From: Hemiscyllium ocellatum
Taxonomy: Eukaryota
NCBI RefSeq assembly: GCF_020745735.1
Contig: NC_083426.1
Location: 29,884,001-29,948,000 of the forward strand
Reading direction: 5' to 3'
DNA length: 64,000 nucleotides
Positions 50,301 to 61,649 of this stretch are shown piece by piece. Numbering within the stretch: the first letter of the stretch is position 1; each line of letters begins with the position of its first letter. Below the pieces are notes generated by a model, which worked only from the letters and a program-made list of their open reading frames with translations, ran no database searches and was not told where the DNA came from. Position numbers and translations under genes: made by a program.

Positions 50301-51524
50301 ACCACAAGTGGCTCGCCACTACCTTAGCAATAAGTGCTGGCCCAGCCAGTGATTCACACATTACATGACAAATAAAATGCGTAAAGAACAATCAAATTAT
50401 AAAGGGGAAGAAAACTAATGTGAAGAGAAAAAAAAACGCGATGTAGTATTAAAGTCGATTGTTGACACCATTTCACATATTGAATATCCAAGTTATTCTT
50501 AAGTATAGAAAATTGCATCTGAACCTCCAAAAGGCAACTACAGTGAAAATAAAGGGGTCCTTAGGAGAAGAGCTCTGAAATGAGTCCGAAGATGACTAAA
50601 TGACATTCTTCGGCAAATTTTGGTGCAGTTCTCGCACATTCCTCAAAAAAGAAAGCATGTGGGCAAACTGTTCGTTAAATTTCAGGCTAACTTTATACTA
50701 CTTGTCCAATTTTGGGAAAGTAACAGGCAAAGAGGACGGGCTATAGTCTGACTGCTGTTAGGGCTGTTCTGATCAAAGGCTCGCCGGCTGGTGGGAGGTG
50801 ACAACTCGTGTCCAGTCCCAGAGCATGTGATGCCGCAAAATATAAACCTATGAACATCGACATGCGTAACAGAAGCATTGCAACATATTTTAAATAGTGA
50901 TAATTTGTCTAAAAAGGATCCCTGATGAAAATATTAATAGTGAGCGTGCATATTTGAGTGGATAGATCATCCCTGAGGAGGATTCTGTATAATAACCTGC
51001 TGGATGGGATCCAATCAGAACTTGCTTTGCTGCTATGTAACTCGGTTCAGGCTGTGGCAACTGCTTTGATATTGTTTAGGAATTTTAAAAGAGTATTATT
51101 TTTATAAAATATACCGTTACTGTTTATAGTATTGCCCGCCTTTGGATCTGAGCCAAGTGTGTGTGTGTGTGTTTTCATTCTCCGTTTCCTTCCAGCCGCC
51201 GTTATTAGAGTCAGTGTGATCATCATTCAGGGTAGGTATCGAGTACAGGAACAGGCCTTGTGTGTGTGTTTGTATATGTGGACTCTGTATTTGCATCAGC
51301 CTTTAGTTTCAATTTGATCAAGCAGCAAAAAGGGGTTTCTATTTCACGGCGTTGCATACTTGTGAGTGTTTTCCATTTACGTATAATAATGTAAGCTAGT
51401 AGTACTTCTATTGCATGGTGATTTAACTGTGGGAAGTTTTATATTTGCTGGAGTGAAACAGCTTAATCTTCATCGGTATGTTATTTTTAATTGAGTAACT
51501 TTTTTTTTGCAGAAACAAATAGCG

Positions 51525-51626
51525 ATGAGTGACACAGGTGCAAAACCCAGCCAGCCTTTAGCTGTAAAACAGGATAAGGATGTCACACCAAAAAGAGGAC
51601 GCGGCAGACCCAGGAAGCAACCCCAA
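51525..51626 (+). CDS. HMGA1: HMGA1-like high-mobility-group AT-hook protein, first coding exon (exon starts about 51513)
   Basis: Acceptor T9GCAG (AG 51511-51512); MSDTGAKPSQPLAVKQDKDVTPKRGRGRPRKQPQ, 34 codons, parallels human MSESSSKSSQPLASKQEKDGTEKRGRGRPRKQPP; donor GTATGA, phase 0. Confidence 0.93.
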
Positions 51627-52199
51627 GTATGACATGTATAATTTACATTTTTTCAACACGTTTTCACTGAAACCTGTACTTTTACACACTTTCACCCCAC
51701 TTGGTTAGACTTGAATGTACACGCGTAAAACACAAAATATACTCCTTTTAAGTTAACAGGATCACCTTGCGTTTCAAAACTGCATTTTTCTCTTACCGAC
51801 CCACGATTTTGGATTTTAATGCAAGTTTTTTTTCACATCACATGTACACCTCTAGTCGTCCGATTGCTAACATCTCTTCGTAAGTTACGACTGTTGTTGT
51901 AAACGGCACTTTATTTTGGGGTTGCATATAAAATGCATAAGGTTGTTTTTTTTAAAAAAAATAATTGATCAATTTTACAATCGCTCCGAGTTGCGGAGCA
52001 CCATCTGGCTGTAAGGCAGCTGGTTTAAAATTTCTCTCCTTTTTTTTTATTTGCGCGACTTTCGAAGTATTTTTGATTTTGGTGGGGAGGAGTGGATGTC
52101 AGATCGTGCTGTCTTGGGTTGTTTCGAATACGCTACAGTCGAGCCCGCTACGTTCGATGTCTGCCTTTGTTACAATGTTGCTTTCAGCACCAGCGCAAC

Positions 52200-52385
52200 A
52201 TGAGACCTTTAAACCATTGTGAACCGGTAGTCCGGGCCTCTTCCCCTGCCACGATTGGCCAGCGGCCGAAGGTCGCCGGGTGCCGATTGGTCCAGCTGGC
52301 TGACAATCAGCTGGAAGTCCGGTCCAATGAGAGGCGACGTTTACCCAACCCCCAGTGACGTCAGCGTGTTGCTAATGGCTGCAGC
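52200..52385. promoter_or_regulatory. CpG-rich promoter-like element in the HMGA1 intron
   Basis: ATTGG 52254-52258 and 52286-52290, CCAAT 52324-52328, perfect CRE TGACGTCA 52356-52363, X-box-like GTTGCTAATGGC 52368-52379; many CpGs in an otherwise CpG-poor window. Confidence 0.65.
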
Positions 52386-52431
52386 CCAAACAGGTCTCAG
52401 TTGGGGCTCTGTGCTGTCATAGGTTTTGTCA

Positions 52432-53222
52432 CAGGAATACAATGTGGGAAAGTGTGAAGTTGTGCACTGCGGCAGGAAGGATGGAGGCAAAAACTAATTT
52501 CTAAATGGGGAAAGGCTTTGGAAATCTGAAGCACAAAGAGACTTGGGAGCCCTAAGATTACCATGCAGGTTCATTTGGCAGTTTGGAAGGCAAATGTAAT
52601 GCTAGCATTCATTTCAAAATGAGCTAGACTATAAGAGCAAGAAATGTACTGCTGAGACTGTATGAAGCTCTGGTCAGACCACAGTTAGAATATTGTGAGC
52701 AGCATTAGGCCCTATATCCAGGAAGGATATGCTGGCATTTGAGGGGGGAGGGGGGTGGTTCTGGAGGAGTTTTACAAGAATGATGTTGGGGATGAAAGGT
52801 TTGTCATATGAGGAACTATTGAGGAATCTGAATCTGTACTCAGTGGAGTTTGTAAGGATGAGGGAGTTTCTCATAGAAATTTACAGAATACTGCGAGGCC
52901 TGGATAGAGTGGATGTAATGAGGATGTTTCCACAAGTAGGAGAAACAAGGACATGAGGGCACAGTCTGAGTGAAAGAATGATCCTTTAAAACTGAGAGAG
53001 AAGGAATTTTTTCAGCCAAAGGATGTGGAACTTGTTACTGTAGAATGCTGTGAAAAACAAGTTGAGTATATTTAAGACAGAGTCATAGTCATAGTTAGTT
53101 TATTGATTCATAAGGGGGTCAAGAGATACAGGAGAATGCAGGAAGATAGGGTTGAAAAATATATCTACCAAGATCGAATGGTGGTGCAGAGCTGATGGCT
53201 GCTTTTGTTCCTACGTCTTATT
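52432..53222 (+). mobile_element. CR1 LINE 3' fragment
   Basis: NVGKCEVVH, LRLYEALVRPQLEYCE, GETRT motifs; degenerate 3' UTR. Confidence 0.85.
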
Positions 53223-54261
53223 GACTTGATGTTTTCTGAATTATTTACCTTCAATTCCTGTTAAACAGGAATGAGGGTTTTTAATTTATTTTCTATTAAG
53301 GGGAATGAAATTTTATCAATAGATGTGCAAATAGCTTCATCACCTCTGCAACTATTATGTTTCAAAACAGGGATAAGCAGCGATTAGACAGTTACCACGG
53401 TATAGTGAAGTCCCAGATTGTCAAATTTTGCACGTTCTAAGATTAACTTAGTTCTGAGAAGGAGATCAATCTGAGTATTGACTTTTTGTGTATATTCATG
53501 TAGCTGTTTAATTGTTTATCTGCTATAGTGCAAACCCTCACAATATATTGATTGTGTCTATAAGCTTTATTTAATTAGTGCTTAAAGCTATCTTATAGAT
53601 CATATTATTAAAAAAAGACCCTGCATCTATTTATAAAGATGATTATATTTTAGGAAGGTTAATTTTCTGGAGAATCAGATATTTCATTTTTGTTGTTGGA
53701 GTGAACTTATTTTTGCTGCAGTAAACACTGACTGTAGCAATACATTCTAGTACGTTTCTCCTTTTCTCAATGGGAGAGTTTGTTAGTAAATGAGTCCTTT
53801 TTTAATATTGCATTATTGTGATTGTCAATGTGCTTTTGAGGGAGTGACAAAACTTTTAAGAATTATACTTCTCTCTGAACTGATTTACATATAAACAACT
53901 TGCTTCCAGTAAATGATTAAATGACCACATTAATAGAGATTAAAATATCAGAAAGTAGAGGATCAACAGGTTTATTAGAGGGGTGAGTAGGTTTTCGGGG
54001 TAGTTCTGTAGTACAAATAGGATGGAGATGAAAAAACACCTCTTTCAAATAGAGTTCAGTTAAAACTTCGTCCCATTGTTTCCAAGAGTTTACCTTCTCA
54101 CCCCCCACCCCACAAACCCCCAACCTACCCAACCCAACCCAACATTGATTTGAAGAACTTTTAATTTGTACTTCTGGTATAATGTGGCTGAGAATAAGAG
54201 GAAGAGAAAGTAAGTTAGATGCAAAACTCTAGAATTAAAGAACCAGAAGACTCCTCATATT

Positions 54262-54537
54262 ATTAGATTAGATTAGATTAGATTACTTACAGTGTGGAAA
54301 CAGACCCTTCGGCCCAACAAGTCCACACCGACCCGCCGAAGCGCAACCCACCCATACCCCTACATTTACCCCTTACCTAACACTAGGGGCAATTTAGCAT
54401 AGCCAATTCACCTGACCTGCACATCTTTGGATTGTGGGAGGAAACTGGAGCACCCGGAGGAAACCCACGTAGACACGGGGAGAATGTGCAAACTCCACAC
54501 AGTCAGTCGCCTGAGGTGGGAATTGAATCCGGGTCTC
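54262..54537 (-). mobile_element. HE1-type V-SINE (5'-truncated)
   Basis: (TAGAT)n tail, V-domain, B-box. Confidence 0.9.
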
Positions 54538-54824
54538 CCTATTCTTCTAACCCAAGATGATTACACTTAAGACACTAATGATGCCTGTGCTGAATCAGGA
54601 GTTTACACACGGAGAACAATTGTTGAAGTGAAAACCTTGCTGTAGTTAAGTGGATGGCTAAGAAAGTCTCAATCCTCATACAAATCTCTGAAGCAGTACT
54701 CAGCCTAGACAGTTAAGCTTTCATGTTTTGATGTGAGTTTTTGGGGTGTAAGTCTAATGGGTGTAGGAAGAAATATGAAGTGTGCCATAAATTTATTTGA
54801 AAACCTTTTTTGCCTTCCTAAAAG

Positions 54825-54908
54825 GAACCAACTGGTGCTCCAACTCCAAAACGACCACGAGGAAGACCAAAAGGAAGCAAGAACAAAGTTACTTCTAAAG
54901 CTGGTAGA
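54825..54908 (+). CDS. HMGA1: HMGA1-like second coding exon (AT-hook 2)
   Basis: Acceptor TTTTTTGCCTTCCTAAAAG; [28 protein letters not shown], 84 nt, phase 0-0; donor GTAAGT at 54909. Confidence 0.93.
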
Positions 54909-55079
54909 GTAAGTACATGCAGTTTATATTTTTATAAATATTGTACAACTCATGAGATTATCATTAAATATAGTTTATCTTGGTGATCAAATGTAGTCAA
55001 ACACTATTTTGCTTAGCTTTTCTTGAACTTCAGATAATCAAATTATTCACTGTTAGCAGGTCAATACAAATTTTCAATG

Positions 55080-55425
55080 TGGGTGTCACCTTTGTTTAGT
55101 GGTTAGCATTGCTGCCTCACACTGCCAGGGCTGGATTCAATTCCACCCTTTGGCAACTGTCTGTGTGGATTTGCACATTCTCCGTGTGTGCGTGGGTTTC
55201 CTCCGGGTACTCAAGTTTGCTCCCACAGTCCAAAGATGTGCAGATTGGGTGGATTGGCCATGTTAAATTGCACATCGTGTCCAGTGATGTGTAGGTTGGG
55301 TGAGTTAGGCTTGAATTGCAGCATTGCAGGAATGGGATGGGTCTGGTTGGGATGTTCTGTGGAGAGTTAGTGTGGACTTGATGGGCCAAACGGCCTGCTT
55401 CCACACTAAAAAGATTCTGTGATTC
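55080..55425 (+). mobile_element. Diverged HE1-type V-SINE
   Basis: AGTGGTTAGCATTGCTGCCTCAC..V-domain..GGCCTGCTTCCACACT. Confidence 0.85.
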
Positions 55426-56769
55426 ACTGAGAGTACCCTGCTATGTTAATCACTTAATGGAGGACCGATTAGACCATTATGTAAATTTATTACAAATGTG
55501 AGGGGGAGAAGTAAGCCCTGAGGAGAATGCAAAAACAAATGTGAGGGAATATGGGCTGGTTAAATGATTTGGAAATAAATAGCAGAGAGAGTACAATCGG
55601 GGAAATGTGAAATTATCCACTTTAATAAAACTAAGAAAAAGCAGAATACTTGTATGAAACGAAAGAATGTTGATACACAGAAATTTGGGGAATTAAGGAA
55701 TATGAAGATAGGATGAAAGAGTGGATGCAAAAGGTCAGCCAAGATTTTACTGAACCGTGGAGCAGGCTTGAAGGGCAGTTTGGCCAAATCTAGCTTCTAT
55801 TTCTTGTTTTTATAACAATAGCCTGTTTGTTTATAATTAGAAGTTTGAGATCTGATATTATATTTGTGCCCTGGTTCCAGGTATGTGTACATATTTCGCA
55901 GAAGGTGCATTCCCAATATACATCAATGTCTGAGTGCCCCCTTGATGTTTAAATGTGACAGTTGAGTTTCTTCGTTATGGCTGAAAAGGACGATGAATTT
56001 CAAGCAGAATTTAATCTAAAATTGTGTTCATTTCTGATCAGATACTGGCTCAATTAATATGTTGGTATCAATTTCATATATAATGAATGGTTGTGTAGTC
56101 AGTCTGCTTTCGTAATGTACCGGGGTGCTGTACTTTTGTGATTTTTTTTTCAAAATTGTACAATTTTTAAATTCATAATCACATTTCATCAGCTGATAAT
56201 CAAAGTTACATCACCTCAATGTTCAGGTTAGATTGACCACTACCAATGCAAATGTGGCATGATAAAGCCTTGCAATACTGTTTTTAATTAATGAGTCAAG
56301 TGGACACATTATGAAAATTTCATATGTACACCATTTTTCTTTGCTGAAGTCCTAATGTCAACTGAAACGAAACAAGTTAGTCCATAAAACTAGAACTCTT
56401 AGTATTTAAATCATGTCATATGGAATGTGTTGCAAAGGCTGCTATGGCAAAAGATAGAATATGCATTATATTTCTGAGATAATGATTATCAGTTATTATT
56501 AACTCTTACTGAGAATGTAAGATTAAGAGATGACTGTCAATATTTGTGGACAAACATTTAACACACTTTGGCAGTTTTAATGCTATTTTAAAGTTGTTTA
56601 AAATATACCCAGAATGTTAGAAACACATAGTTATTCACATAGTGAATAATGAATTAGAAGGAGTTATTTCCAGATTGAATTGTTGCTGTTACGGTGTTAT
56701 CCATTAAAAGAACTTTGGCTCATGTGAGTGTCCAGTTGTCACAAAGTGCTCACCAGTCGATTAAATCCT

Positions 56770-57305
56770 TTTTGAATAGCTGACAAAAATGTTGATCAAT
56801 TTGTACAGAGCAAGGTCCCATAATCAACAATGGGATGATGACCAGAAAAACTGTTTCCACTGAAATAAGTGACAAAAGTTGGCAAGAAGATGGGGAAACA
56901 GTTCTGGATGTAAATTTGCTCGCTAAGTCGGAAGGTTTGTTTTGAGATGTTTTGTCACCATACTAGTTAATATCAGTGAGCCTCCAGTAAAGCACTAGTG
57001 TTATGGTCCAGCCTTCTATTTGTGTTTAGATTTCTTTGGGTTGGTGGTATCATTTCTTGTGTTGATGTCATTTCCTGTTCTTTTTCTCAGAGTGGTAAAC
57101 GGGAAACAGTCACGTGCTCTTTGAAAAGTCCTGTGTGATCTTTTACGACCACGTGAAAACCAGGTTTAACATCTCGTTCAAAGGATAGGATACCTCTGAC
57201 TATGGGGCATTCCCTCAGCAGTGCCACAATGTAAGCCTCTGGGGTGAGACTTAAACTCACAGCCACTATAAATTAGAAAGTGCTACCACTGAGGAAAAGC
57301 TGACA
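56770..57305 (-). mobile_element. Deu-domain SINE remnant interrupted by a PLE insertion
   Basis: Related to 45540-45895 on both sides of 56903-57100. Confidence 0.5.
56903..57100 (-). mobile_element. Probable PLE family D pseudo-LTR insertion with 10-bp TSD
   Basis: GGGAAACAGT at 56893-56902 and 57101-57110; minus strand CACTGATATTAACTAGTATGGTGACAAAACATC resembles a decayed hammerhead. Confidence 0.55.
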
Positions 57306-57629
57306 TTGATACAGTTAAAAAACTGTATGTTCCCTTTTTTTGGGCTGTCTGTTGTTATAGCTGAGTTTCATGAAGTGTTTCCTTTCATGGCCCATAGCAA
57401 CTTGTGCTTGAGCAGTCTTCTGCTCACTTCCTTAATTGTGTACTTGGGCATTATGGTGTCCTTCTTGTACAATGATGTGGCAGCAGAGATGGATTTGTCC
57501 ACCACTGCTGGTTCCTTCCATTCATGCCACTGACCCCATATTTAAATCTGAGTTGGACACAACAAAGCCTTCAGATGAGGAATTGCCCCATCATGCTATG
57601 CTTTGGAAAGGATGTGTCTCAGAAAGGGA

Positions 57630-57835
57630 AGCTAATACCCTGGTTCGGTGAAACTAACCTGGAGATGCTGCTGAATGAAGTGGAGGAGAGGAGGTCCATC
57701 TTCTTTGCTGTGAAGTGGTAAAAGAGACACCTAACAGACTTTGTCAGCCTTGACCAGATAGTGGGATCCATGTTATTTCAAGTAGCAAAAAAATTCCCAG
57801 CAATGCCAGAAACCCGTTGATGATCATCCGTGTTC
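57630..57835 (+). mobile_element. Myb/SANT-like gene remnant of a PIF/Harbinger transposon
   Basis: FGETNLEMLLNEVEERRSIFF ... QCQK..DD resembles the NAIF1/Myb_DNA-bind_5 pattern; broken frame. Confidence 0.55.
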
Positions 57836-58519
57836 CTGGATAGGAAGTACCTCCCTCTTGTCTCTGCTTCCTCATATGTAATCACACTAATTCTGCCACT
57901 GCATCTCCCTGGCTAATAGTCTGACTGTCATGATTACATGCAGCATTTGCACTCAATGACTCTCATCCACTCATAACTTACTCTTTTCTGCCCTGTTTAC
58001 CTCTTATTCACTCAGAGTGTCTCTGGAACAAAGTGCAACAGTTTTGGAAAATGGTTCTGTTCCAACCCTATGTCTAGCATTCATCATGTGTTGCTGCAAA
58101 TGATTTGCAACAAAAAGGTTAAAATCAGCAGATGCACTGAGTTTGTAACTGCATAGATTTATGAAATATATAAATATGGTATCAGGAAGTGGAGTGAAAA
58201 TACTGGAATACAAAGTTCTTGCAAAGTATAAGTGAAATAGCCTGTTTTATTTGATAAATATCATTTCTGAAATGTGCAAAAGAAATTGAGAATTAGATTG
58301 ACTGAAACAGTTAAAGCTGTATAGTTACATGATATTTTAATGTTTTCATTTTTAAAATATTTTTAACTGTTATCCAAATAAAATCTTGAGAGTGTATGGC
58401 TACACATTTTCATCAGTGAAAACTCCCATTGCAAATTGAAGTGGGGAGAGCAATAAAAGTTTTCTTGCCTCAATAGGATCAAAAGGGGGAACAATTTGCA
58501 GTGTCTTTAAATATGATTA

Positions 58520-59150
58520 CCCTTGATGGGATTGTGGCATTAACTCTACTTTCCACCCTGTTCCCCATAACCCCAACACCCTTTTCAATCAAAAAATCTA
58601 ACTAGGCCTTGAATATTTTCAATATTTATTCTACTGCTCTCTGTCAGAGAGAATTCAAAAAGACTAACTACTGTCAGGGTGAAGGAAGTTCCTTCTTAAT
58701 TGAATGACCCTGACACTCCTCTTTTTTTCCCTCAAAAAATAAATTATGCCCCATGAGCAGAAACATCGTCCCCTTAGATTTTTGTGCTTCAGAGGGTTTA
58801 CCCTTCATTCTTCTAAACTCCATGTGAGTATAAACATAACATGCTCAACCTTATGAAATAACTGTTCCTTCTGAGAGATCAGGCTGATGAACTTTCTTTG
58901 AACGGTTTCCAATGCAATCCTCCTTTAAATAAGAATACCAAAACAATATACTCTTGATGCTGTCTGTCAATGCTTTGTACAATTCCTAATGTGTGCTCCA
59001 TCTCCTTTGTAATAGAGGCAACATTCTATTTGCATTCTTAATTTTTTGGTTGTACTTCCAGCAAAGTACACCTTTATTGTGATTCATGTATATTGTACCC
59101 AGATCCTTCTGTACTGAAGCATTATGTCATTCCTCTCCATTTAAATATGT
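58520..59150 (-). mobile_element. Old CR1 LINE 3' part
   Basis: Degenerate reverse complement of the CR1 C-terminus (CTTCATTCTTCTAAACTCCA..GAGTA). Confidence 0.55.
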
Positions 59151-59713
59151 AGGGAAAATTGATGCATGAGCGACTTCACGATAGTGGCATAGTGAAGGGG
59201 CTATAACTAAAATGTCAGTTTATAATTTTACCATTTTGGATTCTGGATGGCTTAGATTTGAAATGAAAAATACATAGACAAGTATAAAATGGATATAGCA
59301 GTCTGGGCTATGTAGTGATTGATGAAAGAACACTGCTTTTCATCCATCTACCCAATTTCCACCTGTAAATATTTTGTGGGCTTTAGCAGATAGCACCCTC
59401 TACAGGAAACCTGCAGCAACATGTCAGTGGGAGGAAACCAATTGAATAAGATTGAAGAATTTCACTTGACGAGTATTCCAAATACAGGGGATAGAAATTT
59501 AATTTACATGCAATTCTGACTACGTAGTAAAGGTTGGGGAAAAATAGATGTTGCTACAGAGCTAAAAGAACCAGTCTGAATAACAGTTTTAGAAAGTATT
59601 CAAAACTAGCTTTCTATTGATGGAATGAAATTCCACACTTTTTAAAAACAAATAAGTAGACCTGAAGAGGTTATGTCAATAATTATCACTTAATATGCTT
59701 TTTAAAAACTCAG

Positions 59714-59814
59714 GGTTTAGATTAGAGTGGCGCTGGAAAAGCACAGCAGTTCAGGCAGCATCCGAGGAGCAGTAAAATCGACGTTTCGGGCAAAAGCCCT
59801 TCATCAGGAATACC
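59714..59814 (-). mobile_element. Single-arm PLE family A insertion with intact hammerhead core and TSD
   Basis: Minus strand ATTC-CTGATGA-A-GGGC(TTTT)GCCC-GAAA-CGTC-GATT (59775-59812); TTTAAAAACTCAG on both flanks (59701-59713, 59821-59833). Confidence 0.88.
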
Positions 59815-60199
59815 TTTTTTTTTAAAAACTCAGTCACCCCTGAATGTACAAAGTGCTTACTTTACTAAGTATTTCTCATTTTCACCTGATGGACAAATGG
59901 AGCAAGTTAGATTCATTTCAATGCTGAAATGGTAAGTGTGGACTATAAGAGTTTGTTGTGTGGATGAATAGAGGTATCTATGATCGTAACTTCAGGATTT
60001 GTTTAACTGAGGTGCAAGAATCGCTGATGTTTGATTTTCACCTTATGAAGGGGACTGCTATAAACTTTGTCATAACTTGTTAAAAAATGTGCCTCATGAA
60101 TAATATATTTGATGGTAATCTTTTGAAATTTAAATTTGTGGTGATGTTTTAGTTTTCATTTCCAGCTTTTCTAAAGAAGCCTAATGTGTTTTCTGACAG

Positions 60200-60365
60200 A
60201 ACGTGGGGACTGCAGATGCTGGAGATCAGAGTTAAGAGTGTCGTGCTGGAAAAGCACAGCAGGTCATTCAGCATCCGAGGAGCAGGAATCGTGTTTCAGG
60301 CACAAGCCCTTCACCATTCCTGATGAAGGGCTTATGCCCGAAATGTCGATGCAGATGCTGGAGTT
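60200..60365. mobile_element. PLE family A partial foldback
   Basis: Minus arm 60200-60313 then plus core CTGATGAAGGGCTTATGCCCGAAATGTC at 60320-60347. Confidence 0.8.
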
Positions 60366-61649
60366 CAGAAATCTTCACTTTCTACTACGTGTTTTTTGAC
60401 AGTTCGGAATATGTCAAACTTACAATCCTATGTTTTGAAACCGTGCTTTTTTTTTTCTTGCCTTGGCATGCTAAAATACTGGGACTTATTCAAGCATGCA
60501 TTTAAGACAGCATTTGATGGATGAGAAGATTAATAAATTCAGCTTTTCCATTTACAGTAATTTGGGGGAAAAATTCAAAGTGGATAATGCAAATTGTAAC
60601 CTAGTTAGATAGTAGGTGATAGAAAACGAGACAATTAAAACTGGAACTGTCAAAATTGCTCAGAATGCAGTTTGAAATGCAGCAGAAAATTAGCCATTTC
60701 CATTCAAAGGTTATGTTCTGACTGCAGAAGTTCCCTGAATGCAGTACATAACGGTGACTGGTTCAAATAATGTGCTCAATACGTTTTGCTGATTTGTCAC
60801 TATATTCTTGATTTGTAGTATTTATGGTTTTAAAACTAGAGCATGTCATGAACTTTTCTAATTTTTTTTCATGTATAAGCATTGGCTAGGCTCCACTTTT
60901 TGAAAAAAAAGTCTGATGTAGAGCACAGTACAGCAAAATCATTCTCACTTGGATATTTAAATTTTAGATGATCATATATTTGTAGTACGTACAGATGATA
61001 CAAGGTTCTTAATTTGCATGTGTGTAGGATAGTGGAATAATTGGTAGCATATATTCAGTCTGGGATGGATGGTGACAGAAATTGCTAAATGTAAAGTGTA
61101 AATCATTCCCATTGCCTTTGCATAGAAAATACAACGTGCCAATCTTGAGAATGGGTAGTGCAAGTTTTAATCCAGGTGAAGTTGAATTTTACCAGAAATT
61201 CTGTCCAATTTCAATCCAGTCTATGAAGTATTTATGTCTGTGAGTCCTATGAGATTTCTCATCAATTTTCTTTTTCAAAATTCACCTCATTACCTGTGCA
61301 CCATACCTCTATAGCACCCCGCTTGTCATATCTTGCCTCTCGCTAGCTGCAAAATTATTCACCACTGCTGAGCGTTCAGGGGATTCCTGGCACTGACACC
61401 TAAAACTGAGGTGTTAACCTGTTTGAAGCTACCAAACAGGACTAGTCTGCCAAACAGTATATGCCACAAGAGATCGACAGAGCTAGGCGATCCCATACCA
61501 ACAGATCCACTCTGAGCTTTGTAGACCTGCCACATTTAATTGTGAATGTTTGTGGACAGTAAAACAACTCACTAGAGGATAAGCTCCACAAGTATCCCAT
61601 CCTCAGTGATGGAAGAGCTGAACACATCAAGGAGCTGTAGAAAAACTGC

